This document shows, piece after piece, positions 22,799 to 31,266 of a stretch of 32,000 nucleotides of DNA. Position numbers and translations under genes: made by a program. The notes under the pieces were generated by a model. That model searched no databases. It had not been told where the DNA came from and saw only the letters and a program-made list of their open reading frames with translations. Source of the DNA: Chthoniobacteraceae bacterium. GTDB lineage: Bacteria; Verrucomicrobiota; Verrucomicrobiia; Chthoniobacterales; Chthoniobacteraceae. The DNA lies in contig JBGAPP010000016.1 of assembly GCA_044221185.1 (NCBI GenBank), forward strand, positions 46,652-78,651. The letters run 5' to 3'. Position 1 is the first letter of the stretch. Each line of letters starts with the position of its first letter.

Positions 22799-25700
22799 AT
22801 GACCCCGGCACAGTTTAAGGCGAAATGGGCGAAATTTTCCGGCAAGGAAAGCGCGGCCTATCAGGATCATTTCTCCGATCTTTGTCGGATGCTCGGCGTG
22901 CCGACGCCGATTGAGAGCGATCCCACGGGCAACGATTCATTTTGCTTCCAGAAGCGCGTTGCAAAGGACGCGGAGCTTTTCGATTTTGACGCCGACGGCG
23001 AGGCGTTGCCCGCGAGCAAAGAGCGCGGCTTTGCCGACGTGTGGAAGCGCGATTGTTTCGGCTGGGAATACAAGGAGCCGGGCGAAGACCTCGAAAAAGC
23101 CTACAAGCAACTTCTCCGCTACCGCGAAAGCCTGCTCAATCCGCCGCTGCTCATAGTCTGCGATTTTCACCGCTACATTGTCCGCACGAACTTCAACGGT
23201 GCGGTGCAGGAGACGCACGATTTCACGAATGCGGAAATTGATTCGCCCGACGCGCTCCGCGTGCTGCGCGCCGCGCTCGCGGCTCCCGATGAACTGCGAC
23301 CGCGCGAGACGACGGCGGACGTAACGGCGAAGCTCGCGGAGAAAATCGCCGCCATCGCCCTTTCGCTGCAACAGCGGGAAGCCGTCGAACTCGCGAGCGC
23401 CAAGACCCGTCGCGAGCATTCCGTCGCGCAGAAGAAAAATCTCCGCATCGCGCGCTTTCTCAACCGGCTCGTCTTCTGTTTTTTCGCGGAGGACACCGGC
23501 CTCTTGCCGGAAGACATTTTCGGCGACGTGTGCGCCGTCGGATTGAAAGACCCGAAGCTGTTCGCGGAATCCTTGGAAGACCTTTTCAAGTGCATGGCGA
23601 AGGGCGGGCGTTTCGGCACGCACAAGATTCGCCACTTCAACGGCCATCTTTTCGAGGATGCGACCGTCTTTGAATTGCTCCCCGATGAAATCGCAAAGCT
23701 CGCCGATGCTGCCGGTTCAAAGTGGCAATCCATCCGCCCCGCCATCATGGGGACGCTTTTCGAGCGCGCCCTCGACGATTCGCAGCGCTCGCAACTCGGC
23801 GCGCACTACACGAGCGAGGAAGACATCCGCACGCTGGTAGAGCCGGTGCTCATGGCCCCGCTTCGCCGCGAGTGGCGCGAGCTTCGGAAAGACCTGGCCC
23901 CGTTGCTCGCGAAGGGAAAAGCCACGAACGCCGCACGCGACACGCTCGCCGCTTTCCAAAAGAAGCTCGCCGGGATCACTGTGCTAGACCCCGCGTGCGG
24001 AAGCGGAAATTTCCTCTACGTCGCGCTTCAACTTTTGCTTGGGCTGGAAAAGGAAGTCATCACCGCCGCCGCGCAGATCGGCTTCACGTTCACGCCGCAA
24101 GTGAACGTGCAGCAACTCCGCGCGATTGAGATCAACCCCTACGCTTACGAGTTGGCGCAAGTCTCCGTGCAAATCGGCGCGCTCCAATGGCGGCGCGACA
24201 ACGGTTTCGACAACGGTTTCGACAACGACCGCACGCCCGTTCTGCAAAATCTCGACGGATTCGAGAACAAGGATGCGCTGCTCAACGAGACGTTCCGCAA
24301 AAAGCCAAAGGACTTGAAAGCCGCGCAGGCGGAGGAACACGGCGGGCAGGACGAGCTTTTCAAAGTCTATACGGAACGCGCTTGGCCCGCTTGCAACGTG
24401 ATCGTGGGCAACCCCCCGTTTCTCGGCGGCAAGATGCTTCGCCGTGAGTTGGGCGATTCCTACGTTGGTGCGCTTTTCGAGAACTTCGGCGAGCGCGTGC
24501 GACCGGAAGCCGATCTGTGCTGCTACTGGTTTGAGAAAGCGCGGCAGCAAATTGAGGAAAGCCATTGTCAGCGTGTCGGCTTGCTCGCAACGCAGGGAAT
24601 CCGGGGCGGGGCAAATCGCGACGTGCTCAAACGGATCAAAGACAGCGGCGACATTTTCTTCGCCGTGAGCGACCGCGATTGGATTCTCGCGGGCGCAACC
24701 GTGCATGTGAGCATGATTGGCTTTGATGATGGCACCGAAACAGAGCGCACCTTGGACGGTGCAAGTGTCGCCGAAATCCACGCGAACCTTTCCGCGCACG
24801 CCTCAGACATCACCGAAGCGCGCCAGCTCACGGCAAACCTCAACCTCGCTTTCATGGGCGACACAAAGGGCGGTGCATTCGACATCACAGAAGCGCGCGC
24901 CTTGGAAATGATGCACGCGCCGAATCCGCACGGACGGCCAAATTCAGACGTGCTCATTCCGTGGGTGAATGGCCTCGACGTGACGCGCCGCTCGCGTGGA
25001 ATGTTCATCATAGATTTTGGCCTCACGCGCACAGAGGACGACTGCGCGAAGTATGATGCACCGTTCGCTCATGTCCGCGAGCGCGTGCGCCCGGAGCGCA
25101 TCGGCAACAAGCGCGCCCTCTACGCGCGCTATTGGTGGAGGCACGTTGAACCACGCCCCGGAATGCTCGCCGCCCTTGCACCGCTTCCTCGTTTCCTCAC
25201 GACCCCTCGCGTTACGAAGCATCGCCTCTTTGCATGGTTGGAAGCCCCGACGCTTCCCGATTCCCAAGTTTTCGCGTTCGCCCTTGCCGATGATTTTTCG
25301 CTCGGCGTGCTTCATTCACGGATTCACGAGGCATGGGCACGGGCAAACGGAACGCAAGTGCGCGAACGAGAGAGCGGCTTTCGTTACACGCCAACGACGT
25401 GCTTTGAAACTTTCCCTCGCCCGACGCCGACGCCCGCGCAACGCGACGCTATCGCCGCCGCTGCAAAGGAATTGAACGACCTGCGCGAAAACTGGCTCAA
25501 CCCGCCCGAATGGACGGCAACGCGCACGCTCGAATTTCCCGGTTCCACCGATGGCCCGTGGAATCGCTTCGTGACGAATCCCGACGCACGCGGAGTCGGC
25601 ACCGTGCGTTATCCACTCAGCGAACCGCGCGATGCTGAGTGCGCCGCCAAGCTCGCCAAGCGCACGCTCACGAACCTCTACAACGAACGCCCCGCATGGC

Positions 25701-25891
25701 TCGCGAACGCCCACGCGAAGCTAGATGCCGCCGTTGCCGCCGCCTACGGCTGGCCCGCCGATTTGAGCGACGATGAAATCCTCTCCCGCTTGCTCGCATT
25801 GAACCTCGCCCGCGCCGCCGCAGAAGCCAAAGCGACCGGCACGAAAAAGCCGCGCGCCACGCGACAGAAGGCGGCAGACGAGATGCTGTGA
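22799..25891 (+). CDS. MmeI-family type IIL restriction-modification enzyme (fused PD-ExK nuclease + N6-adenine DNA methyltransferase + TRD)
   Basis: The N-terminus has D80-x9-E90-x-K92 (ADVWKRDCFGWEYK, nt 23036-23074), with the same spacing as the MmeI nuclease motif. MTase motif I is LDPACGSGNFLY and motif IV is NPPF (24410-24421). Start taken at MTPAQFKAKW (22799) within track ORF 22739..25891. Confidence 0.85.
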   Translation: MTPAQFKAKWAKFSGKESAAYQDHFSDLCRMLGVPTPIESDPTGNDSFCFQKRVAKDAELFDFDADGEALPASKERGFADVWKRDCFGWEYKEPGEDLEKAYKQLLRYRESLLNPPLLIVCDFHRYIVRTNFNGAVQETHDFTNAEIDSPDALRVLRAALAAPDELRPRETTADVTAKLAEKIAAIALSLQQREAVELASAKTRREHSVAQKKNLRIARFLNRLVFCFFAEDTGLLPEDIFGDVCAVGLKDPKLFAESLEDLFKCMAKGGRFGTHKIRHFNGHLFEDATVFELLPDEIAKLADAAGSKWQSIRPAIMGTLFERALDDSQRSQLGAHYTSEEDIRTLVEPVLMAPLRREWRELRKDLAPLLAKGKATNAARDTLAAFQKKLAGITVLDPACGSGNFLYVALQLLLGLEKEVITAAAQIGFTFTPQVNVQQLRAIEINPYAYELAQVSVQIGALQWRRDNGFDNGFDNDRTPVLQNLDGFENKDALLNETFRKKPKDLKAAQAEEHGGQDELFKVYTERAWPACNVIVGNPPFLGGKMLRRELGDSYVGALFENFGERVRPEADLCCYWFEKARQQIEESHCQRVGLLATQGIRGGANRDVLKRIKDSGDIFFAVSDRDWILAGATVHVSMIGFDDGTETERTLDGASVAEIHANLSAHASDITEARQLTANLNLAFMGDTKGGAFDITEARALEMMHAPNPHGRPNSDVLIPWVNGLDVTRRSRGMFIIDFGLTRTEDDCAKYDAPFAHVRERVRPERIGNKRALYARYWWRHVEPRPGMLAALAPLPRFLTTPRVTKHRLFAWLEAPTLPDSQVFAFALADDFSLGVLHSRIHEAWARANGTQVRERESGFRYTPTTCFETFPRPTPTPAQRDAIAAAAKELNDLRENWLNPPEWTATRTLEFPGSTDGPWNRFVTNPDARGVGTVRYPLSEPRDAECAAKLAKRTLTNLYNERPAWLANAHAKLDAAVAAAYGWPADLSDDEILSRLLALNLARAAAEAKATGTKKPRATRQKAADEML

Positions 25892-25912
25892 GTGGCGACA
25901 CCCCCCTGACCC

Positions 25913-26974
25913 GTGCCGCTTAAACCAAGCCAGTGCTCCCGATGTGGCAAGAGTGTCGCTTTCCTGTGGCTTTGGCGTGGTAGAAATGGATCGTGCGACG
26001 AATGTTGGAACAAACTTCCCAACGCCGACGACCGCGAGTGGGAATCTGAGATTCTTCTAAACGCCAAGATCGGTGAGCACGGCGAATGGCAGGGCGACGG
26101 CGATTACGAATTTAAGGACTTGGCCGCGCTCCTAGACGGAAAGAATCCGCTCGGCTGCGACGCAATCAGCAAGGCGGCGCGGGGGCAGTTGATCGTGATG
26201 CTGGAACGTCTGATTCCGCGTGTTCCGATTGTGGATGAGAAACAGATTGCGCGATTTGAGCAGCTTTCCCGTCGTCTTGAAGTCTTGCGGGAGAAAAGAA
26301 AGTCAATCGAGTGGATACTGCTTCCGCAAAACTCCGCAGCGAAGACAGGGGTTAAGACTGCCATCGCGAACATGGAGGCTGAGTTGGAAAAGATCGTTCA
26401 GTCCGTGCGTGCGACTGTGAAAGCGCAACGGGTGTTTTCCGATGATGTGGAGCGCCGAATTTTCAAACGCATAAAAGATGCACACGCCCGCCCGTTGCCA
26501 AAACCCGATGATGAGCCGTGGATCGCGTCCGCAGAGCGCGTGTATTGGAGACTGCTCCCTCCGAGTCACGATGTCCCCGGCAGCTTCACTGATTGGGAAG
26601 CAATCGAGCAGTATTTGGAACTGGTAGCGCAACGCACCGGGGAACAGCTTGAAAAGCAACGATTGCGGTTTCTTTGGGAGTTCAAGCCTGACAAAACCTA
26701 CGTCGGCGAAGACGAGTTTGACGGCTACATCGTGTTCGTATTCGAGCAGCGGAGCCGTGCTTTTCTCGAATGCCCGAAAATCGACAATGCCCTCTACGTG
26801 ATGAATGCGGGGGAATGGCGATCCCTGAGCAAGAAAAGTAAAAGTGAACTGAGGCGTGATCGTGCCGTGCGGCGTATTCCGCACTTGGGCGGTGGATGGA
26901 AGCGCAAAGTCCGGCAACTGCTCATCTTCTCGCCCGCTGTGCTCAGGCTGTTGGAACGGGCAGGAAAGGCATAG
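25913..26974 (+). CDS. Hypothetical protein with N-terminal zinc ribbon and central coiled-coil
   Basis: CSRCGKS...CDECWNK forms a four-Cys ribbon at aa 8-31, followed by a long charged helical region. The gene begins 21 nt after the R-M enzyme stop on the same strand. Confidence 0.6.
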   Translation: MPLKPSQCSRCGKSVAFLWLWRGRNGSCDECWNKLPNADDREWESEILLNAKIGEHGEWQGDGDYEFKDLAALLDGKNPLGCDAISKAARGQLIVMLERLIPRVPIVDEKQIARFEQLSRRLEVLREKRKSIEWILLPQNSAAKTGVKTAIANMEAELEKIVQSVRATVKAQRVFSDDVERRIFKRIKDAHARPLPKPDDEPWIASAERVYWRLLPPSHDVPGSFTDWEAIEQYLELVAQRTGEQLEKQRLRFLWEFKPDKTYVGEDEFDGYIVFVFEQRSRAFLECPKIDNALYVMNAGEWRSLSKKSKSELRRDRAVRRIPHLGGGWKRKVRQLLIFSPAVLRLLERAGKA

Positions 26975-27285
26975 CGCGCAATTTTGGCGTTCCACAAATG
27001 GAAGTGAAACCGCAGGCATCTCGTGTCAGCTTACGGTCATAAAATCAGACCTCGCAATGCGGCGCTACCGGGCACAAAAAAGCTCGGCGGGCGCAATGTG
27101 CAAGCCGCACCAACGCGGATGGAAAGACAAGAAGACGACCGGCGATTTGCGCGTTGCGGGGAAGCATGAGCAGGAAATCCGTGATGCGGTCTTGTGAGCG
27201 TGGATGCTTGTTTTTTTCCGCGAAGTCGGCGACAGTTTGCACCATACGAGAACAGGCGACTCGCGAAAAGCGCCTCACGAAATCC

Positions 27286-27510
27286 ATGAGCACAGCGGAA
27301 CTCATCTACGAAAAGGCGCGGAGCCTCCCGGCGACGCTTCAGAGTGAGGCTTTGCAGTTCGTTGCATATCTCGCCAGCCGTCTTGACGCTGCGAGTGAAG
27401 CGGCGAAGTGGAAGCGACTCATGGGGGAGACGCAGGCGTTTGTGGCCGCGCGCGGCATTACGGATGGCGACATCGCCGATGAAGTCGCCGCCGTGCGTGC
27501 CGGACGATGA
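27286..27510 (+). CDS. Antitoxin-like small protein (DUF2281-like)
   Basis: MSTAELIYEKARSLPATLQSEALQFVAYLASRL is the typical N-terminus of DUF2281-type antitoxins. The stop overlaps the PIN gene ATG (ATGA, 27507-27510). The upstream part of track ORF 27154..27510 is unlikely to be coding. Confidence 0.65.
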   Translation: MSTAELIYEKARSLPATLQSEALQFVAYLASRLDAASEAAKWKRLMGETQAFVAARGITDGDIADEVAAVRAGR

Positions 27511-27923
27511 GAGTGTTGGTGGATACCAACGTTGTGATCTCCGCCATTCTGCGGGATCGCGCGCCGGAGAAAGTGATCCTTTTCCTGATTGGGAACGAGG
27601 CTGTCGAATGGGTGGTTTCACCGGAAATCCTCGCCGAATACCGGGAGGTTCTGAGACGCCCTAAATTTGGCCTCTCCGCTGAATTGCTCGCGTCGTGGGA
27701 CGAGCGGTTCGCCACACTCGGCGTGTGGCCTGTGTCCGCGCCTGTGGACTTTCCCCGCGATCCGAAGGATGCGAAATTCCTCGCCTGCGCGCTCGCGGCA
27801 GAGGCGGATTATTTCATCACTGGCGACAGGGATTTCGAGGACGCCCCGCCGCTCGGCAAGACGCGGGTGCTTTCAGTCGGGCGATTCAACACGGAAGTCT
27901 GCGAAGGCGGCGCGCAGACGTAA
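27507..27923 (+). CDS. PIN-domain toxin (PIN_3-type putative toxin-antitoxin system toxin)
   Basis: MRVLVDTNVVISAIL..., SPEILAEYREVLRRPKF, DPKDAKFLACALAAEADYFITGDRDF: conserved PIN acidic residues in the usual order. Confidence 0.85.
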   Translation: MRVLVDTNVVISAILRDRAPEKVILFLIGNEAVEWVVSPEILAEYREVLRRPKFGLSAELLASWDERFATLGVWPVSAPVDFPRDPKDAKFLACALAAEADYFITGDRDFEDAPPLGKTRVLSVGRFNTEVCEGGAQT

Positions 27924-27968
27924 TCTGCGGGCTCTGAGCACTACACAACGCATCACGGATCAAATGGC

Positions 27969-28841
27969 ATGAACGCAACAGCATGGTGGGTTGCGGGTTT
28001 TTTTCTCACGCCAGCTCTCATCTTGGCGGGCATCCTCGCTGTTTGGCGTTGGCGGATTGCCCGGCGCGGTGAGCGGGTGCCGGTAACGGAGAAACTATTG
28101 CGGCCCGCCGGGGAGAGTCTGCGTCTGAGAATTGACGCGCTCGGCGAGAAACTGAGCACTTCCCTTTTCATGTGTATCCTAGCGCCGACAGTTGGCGCTT
28201 CTGTGCTCTTGGTGCCGATTTCAGGGTATGCGCTCACGCGGCTTGCCGTCGCCTTCGTTCTCGCGGTCGCGCTTTTCGCCCTCGCCGCAAGACGCCTGTT
28301 TGCCCAACTGCGGGAACTGCGCGCCTGCACTCTGGGATTTTACGGGGAACGAGCCGCAGCGGAGGAAATCAACCAACTCATGCGTGACGGGTGCCGAGTC
28401 TTTCACGACGTTCCGAACGAGCCTTACGGAAACATTGATCACGTCATCGTCGCGCCGTCTGGCGTATTCGCAGTTGAAACCAAGACGCGGCGAAAAAAGA
28501 AAGTGCCGCCCGGCAAAAAGGATCACGAAGTCATTTTCGACGGCAAGGCGTTGGAGTTCCCAAACGGCAGGGACACGAGCGCGCTGGAACAAGCAAGGCA
28601 ACAAGCCGACAGGCTGCGCGTCTTTCTCACGAAGGCCGTTGGCGAACCCGTCGCCGTCTCGCCAATTCTCACGCTGCCGGGTTGGTTCGTGTCGAGCCGG
28701 GTGAACGAACGAATGAAAGTGGTGAACCCGAAGCAAATCCGGCAAGTCGTCTTGAACGCCCGCGATGCCAAATTCGCCCCAGAACTCATCCAACGCATCT
28801 CGCACCAACTCGATCAAATCTGCCGAGACGTGGAACTGTGA
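27969..28841 (+). CDS. Membrane-anchored NERD (nuclease-related) domain protein
   Basis: The N-terminal ~110 aa are hydrophobic, with about 3 TM helices. Then GFYGERAAAEEINQLMRDGCRVFHDVPNEPYGNIDHVIVAPSGVFAVETKT is the NERD core motif. Confidence 0.8.
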   Translation: MNATAWWVAGFFLTPALILAGILAVWRWRIARRGERVPVTEKLLRPAGESLRLRIDALGEKLSTSLFMCILAPTVGASVLLVPISGYALTRLAVAFVLAVALFALAARRLFAQLRELRACTLGFYGERAAAEEINQLMRDGCRVFHDVPNEPYGNIDHVIVAPSGVFAVETKTRRKKKVPPGKKDHEVIFDGKALEFPNGRDTSALEQARQQADRLRVFLTKAVGEPVAVSPILTLPGWFVSSRVNERMKVVNPKQIRQVVLNARDAKFAPELIQRISHQLDQICRDVEL

Positions 28842-28844
28842 TGG

Positions 28845-28881
28845 CGCGCAAAAGCCGGCTCGTGCGCGTTTGAAAAATTTT
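28845..28881 (+). terminator. Possible rho-independent terminator after the NERD gene
   Basis: CGCGCA (28845-28850) pairs with TGCGCG (28863-28868) across a 12-nt loop, followed by TTTGAAAAATTTT. Confidence 0.35.
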
Positions 28882-28965
28882 CGGTGGCGACGTGCGGAGG
28901 TTGAAAATTTCCGCGATTCCACACGTCACGGAGGTCTTTGGCGCGTGTCGGAAAACGGTGGAGTT

Positions 28966-28986
28966 GTTCTCACTTACCGTTCTCAC
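28966..28986. repeat. Two direct copies of GTTCTCAC, candidate integrase arm-type sites, right end
   Basis: GTTCTCAC at 28966-28973 and 28979-28986, about 60 bp inside attR. This is the same 8-mer as at the left end. Confidence 0.35.
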
Positions 28987-29047
28987 TTGCCGATTTCCGC
29001 GCCCTCAATCGCCCTGAAACCCTGATAAACACGGGGGTGGAGCGGGT

Positions 29048-29121
29048 AGCGGGAATCGAACCCGCATGGCCAGTTTGGAAGACTGGAACTTTACCATTAA
29101 GCTATACCCGCATTGCGGAGC
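29048..29121 (-). tRNA. tRNA-Gly: tRNA-Gly (anticodon UCC), CCA-encoded; its 3' 30 nt form attR
   Basis: The reverse complement is GCGGGTATAGCTTAATGGTAAAGTTCCAGTCTTCCAAACTGGCCATGCGGGTTCGATTCCCGCTACCCGCTCCA. It has a 7-bp acceptor stem (GCGGGTA/TACCCGC), an anticodon stem-loop CCAGT-CTTCCAA-ACTGG, a T-arm GCGGG-TTCGATT-CCCGC and a terminal CCA. Confidence 0.9.
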
Positions 29122-29197
29122 GCGGCGCGGAATGTGGCGCGGCGCGGCGCGGACTCAAGCGCGATTTCGCAATTGGTGCGATCGCTGCGTCGGGGGG

Positions 29198-29746
29198 CTA
29201 CGACTGCGCAGGGAGCATCCCGGTCTTGCGCGCGTAGTCGAAGACGCCGCCGGCATCGATGACGGGGCGCACTTCGCCGAGCGGCTTGAGCGTGTAGGTC
29301 GTGCCGTTGACGGTGAGCGTGTCGGCGTCGAGGTCGAGGGTGCCGATGTCGCCGGTCTTGAGCTTCTCGCAGAGGCGCTCGTTCGCGTCGTAGGGGTAGA
29401 GCTCGCCGGTGGCGACGCAGTTGCGGAAAAAGATGCGCGCGAAGGATTCGGCGATCACGGCTTCACAGCCAGCGGCACCGAGGGCGATGGGCGCGTGCTC
29501 GCGTGAGCTGCCGCAGCCGAAATTCTTCCCGCCAATCACGATCTTGTAGGGCGTCTTGGTCGTGCCTGCGGGGACGAACTTCACCGGGTTCGCCTCGTCG
29601 GGCAGGCCGATGAGCGCGTAGCTGCCGAGCTTCTCGTATTCGTCGGGCTTGGTGGGCACGAGCGTGAGATACTCCGCGGGGATGATCTGATCCGTGTCGA
29701 TGTTGTCGCGGACGACGAAGATCGGGCTGGTGATGGTGTTGGCCAT
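29198..29746 (-). CDS. leuD: 3-isopropylmalate dehydratase small subunit
   Basis: [17 protein letters not shown] and [17 protein letters not shown] are signature segments of LeuD/aconitase swivel-domain proteins. Confidence 0.85.
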   Translation of the reverse strand: MANTITSPIFVVRDNIDTDQIIPAEYLTLVPTKPDEYEKLGSYALIGLPDEANPVKFVPAGTTKTPYKIVIGGKNFGCGSSREHAPIALGAAGCEAVIAESFARIFFRNCVATGELYPYDANERLCEKLKTGDIGTLDLDADTLTVNGTTYTLKPLGEVRPVIDAGGVFDYARKTGMLPAQS

Positions 29747-29808
29747 AGGCAGGGCGCGTAAGAAAGCGCACGCGGGGGAAAAGGGGAGAGGTTTTTTTTT
29801 GCGCGGGC

Positions 29809-31149
29809 TCAGCCGAGGATGAGTTCCGCGGTGCGCGCGGTGGCGCCCTGGTGCTTCGCGAGCGCGTCGCGGGCGCGCTGGCCGATGGCGGCGCTGGACT
29901 CGGGTTCGGAGAGGAGGGAATGGAGCGCGCGGTGAAGGTCCGCGGCGCTCGCGATCTGCACGGCGGCCTTGTCTTTCAAAAGATGAGAGACCAGCGGCGC
30001 GAAGTTCTCCATGTGTGGGCCGAAGACGACGGGCAGGCCGAGTGCGGCGGGCTCGCCGGCGTTTTGACCGCCGATTTCAGCGACGCCCGGGAGGCTCTTG
30101 CCGACAAAGGCGACGTCCGCGAGCGCATACCAGTCGCGGAGTTCGCCGGTCGTATCGACGAGGAGGATGTCGGGCTCGGCGTGGCTGTGCGGCTCGCCGG
30201 TTGTGGTCAGTTTGCTCCGCAAGACGACGCGGTGGCCGGCACGGGTGAGTTCCTCGACGATGGCGGCGGCGCGCTCGACGTGGCGCGGCACGAGGATGAG
30301 GCGGAGCGAGGGAAAGTCGGCGCGGAGTTTCTGCACGGCGGCGGCGAGGACGGATTCCTCCGGCGCCCAGGTGCTGCCGCCGACGAGGATGGGCGCGGAG
30401 AAGCCGAGCGGCTGCACGAGCGCGCGGAACTCATCCGCACGTGACGGTGCATCCTTCGAGGCGTTGTCGAACTTCACGCTGCCCGTGTGCCGGATGCGCC
30501 CGGGCGCGACGCCGATGGATCCAAAGCGGGACTCGTCACCGGCTTCGGGCGCGCAGACGAGGTCGAAGCAGCCCCAGAGCGAGCCGGTGATTCCGCGCAG
30601 GCGCCGCCAGCGGCGCTCGCTGCGGGGTGAGAGGCGCGCGGCGGCGAGCACGATGCGGATGCCCGCGGCGCGTGTGCATGCGAGCAGGTTTGGCCAGATG
30701 CCGCCCTCCGTGAGCACGAGCGTGCGGGGCTGGATCGCCGAAAGTGCGGCGCGGACTGCGAATCTGAAGTCGATCGGGTTGTAGAGCGGGATGAGCCAGT
30801 CGAGCTTTGCTGCGTCGCGGAGGAGAAGTTCGTAGCCCGTGCTCGTGGTGACCGAGAGGACCACGCGCGCCTGAGGATCGCGGGCTCGGATGGCGCGGGC
30901 GATTTTCAGCGCGACAAGCGTCTCGCCGACGCTGATGGAGCAGAGCCACACGGGTGCGGGCTGTTGCGCTAGACGCGCACGGAGTTCTGGCGAATAGCGC
31001 CCAAAGCGCTGGCCGAGACCGATGCTGTAGCCGGGCGGCTTCTGCTGCGAGGCGCGGCCCTTCTCGCGGCGCAGGAGGCGCAGCGCGTAGAATGGCAGCG
31101 CCACGAGAAACGCGACCGGAAAGAGCAGGCGGTAGAGCAGGAGCGTCAT
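29809..31149 (-). CDS. waaA: 3-deoxy-D-manno-octulosonic acid (Kdo) transferase
   Basis: N-terminal membrane anchor (LLYRLLFPVAFLVALPFY). VWLCSISVGETLVALKIARAI corresponds to the WaaA W-x-H/S-x-SVGE motif, and the C-terminal half is GT-B-like. Confidence 0.85.
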   Translation of the reverse strand: MTLLLYRLLFPVAFLVALPFYALRLLRREKGRASQQKPPGYSIGLGQRFGRYSPELRARLAQQPAPVWLCSISVGETLVALKIARAIRARDPQARVVLSVTTSTGYELLLRDAAKLDWLIPLYNPIDFRFAVRAALSAIQPRTLVLTEGGIWPNLLACTRAAGIRIVLAAARLSPRSERRWRRLRGITGSLWGCFDLVCAPEAGDESRFGSIGVAPGRIRHTGSVKFDNASKDAPSRADEFRALVQPLGFSAPILVGGSTWAPEESVLAAAVQKLRADFPSLRLILVPRHVERAAAIVEELTRAGHRVVLRSKLTTTGEPHSHAEPDILLVDTTGELRDWYALADVAFVGKSLPGVAEIGGQNAGEPAALGLPVVFGPHMENFAPLVSHLLKDKAAVQIASAADLHRALHSLLSEPESSAAIGQRARDALAKHQGATARTAELILG

Positions 31150-31266
31150 CGGAAATGACGAATGACGGGTGACGAATGACGAAGGGGGATGCGCGACAGC
31201 AAGGGGGAAATGGGTGCGGCGCCGTTCAGGACGGGTAGTCCGGCGGCGGGAAGTTGTGGCAGCGTG

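Larger units (their letters stand above)
13782..29077. mobile_element. Integrative element (~15.3 kb) in tRNA-Gly(UCC): satellite-like element or decayed prophage carrying defence-type cargo
   Basis: Bounded by a perfect 30-bp direct repeat made of the tRNA 3' end. A tyrosine integrase lies next to attL. The element encodes Xis-like HTH, Rep, TerS, TerL and XRE genes. Spot counts show lower G+C than the flanks (29 of 60 at 15301-15360 versus 48 of 60 at 4381-4440). Confidence 0.85.

Noticed and set aside
27057-27197. Possible 46-aa ORF MRRYRAQKSSAGAMCKPHQRGWKDKKTTGDLRVAGKHEQEIRDAVL upstream of the antitoxin
   Set aside because: It vaguely resembles small basic Cys-Lys-Pro-His proteins I have seen, but I cannot name a family. 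It is short and has no clear RBS, so it is not reported as a feature.
21938-28922. Minus-strand ORFs opposite island genes (21938..22870, 22937..23647, 23173..23748, 23984..24799, 26303..27019, 27037..27621, 28221..28922)
   Set aside because: Each is antisense to a plus-strand ORF with recognisable features (signal peptide, MmeI-type motifs, zinc ribbon, PIN, NERD). None has motifs of its own.
29851-30784. Plus-strand ORFs 29851..30444 and 30098..30784
   Set aside because: Antisense to waaA, which has the Kdo-transferase signature. Shadow ORFs.
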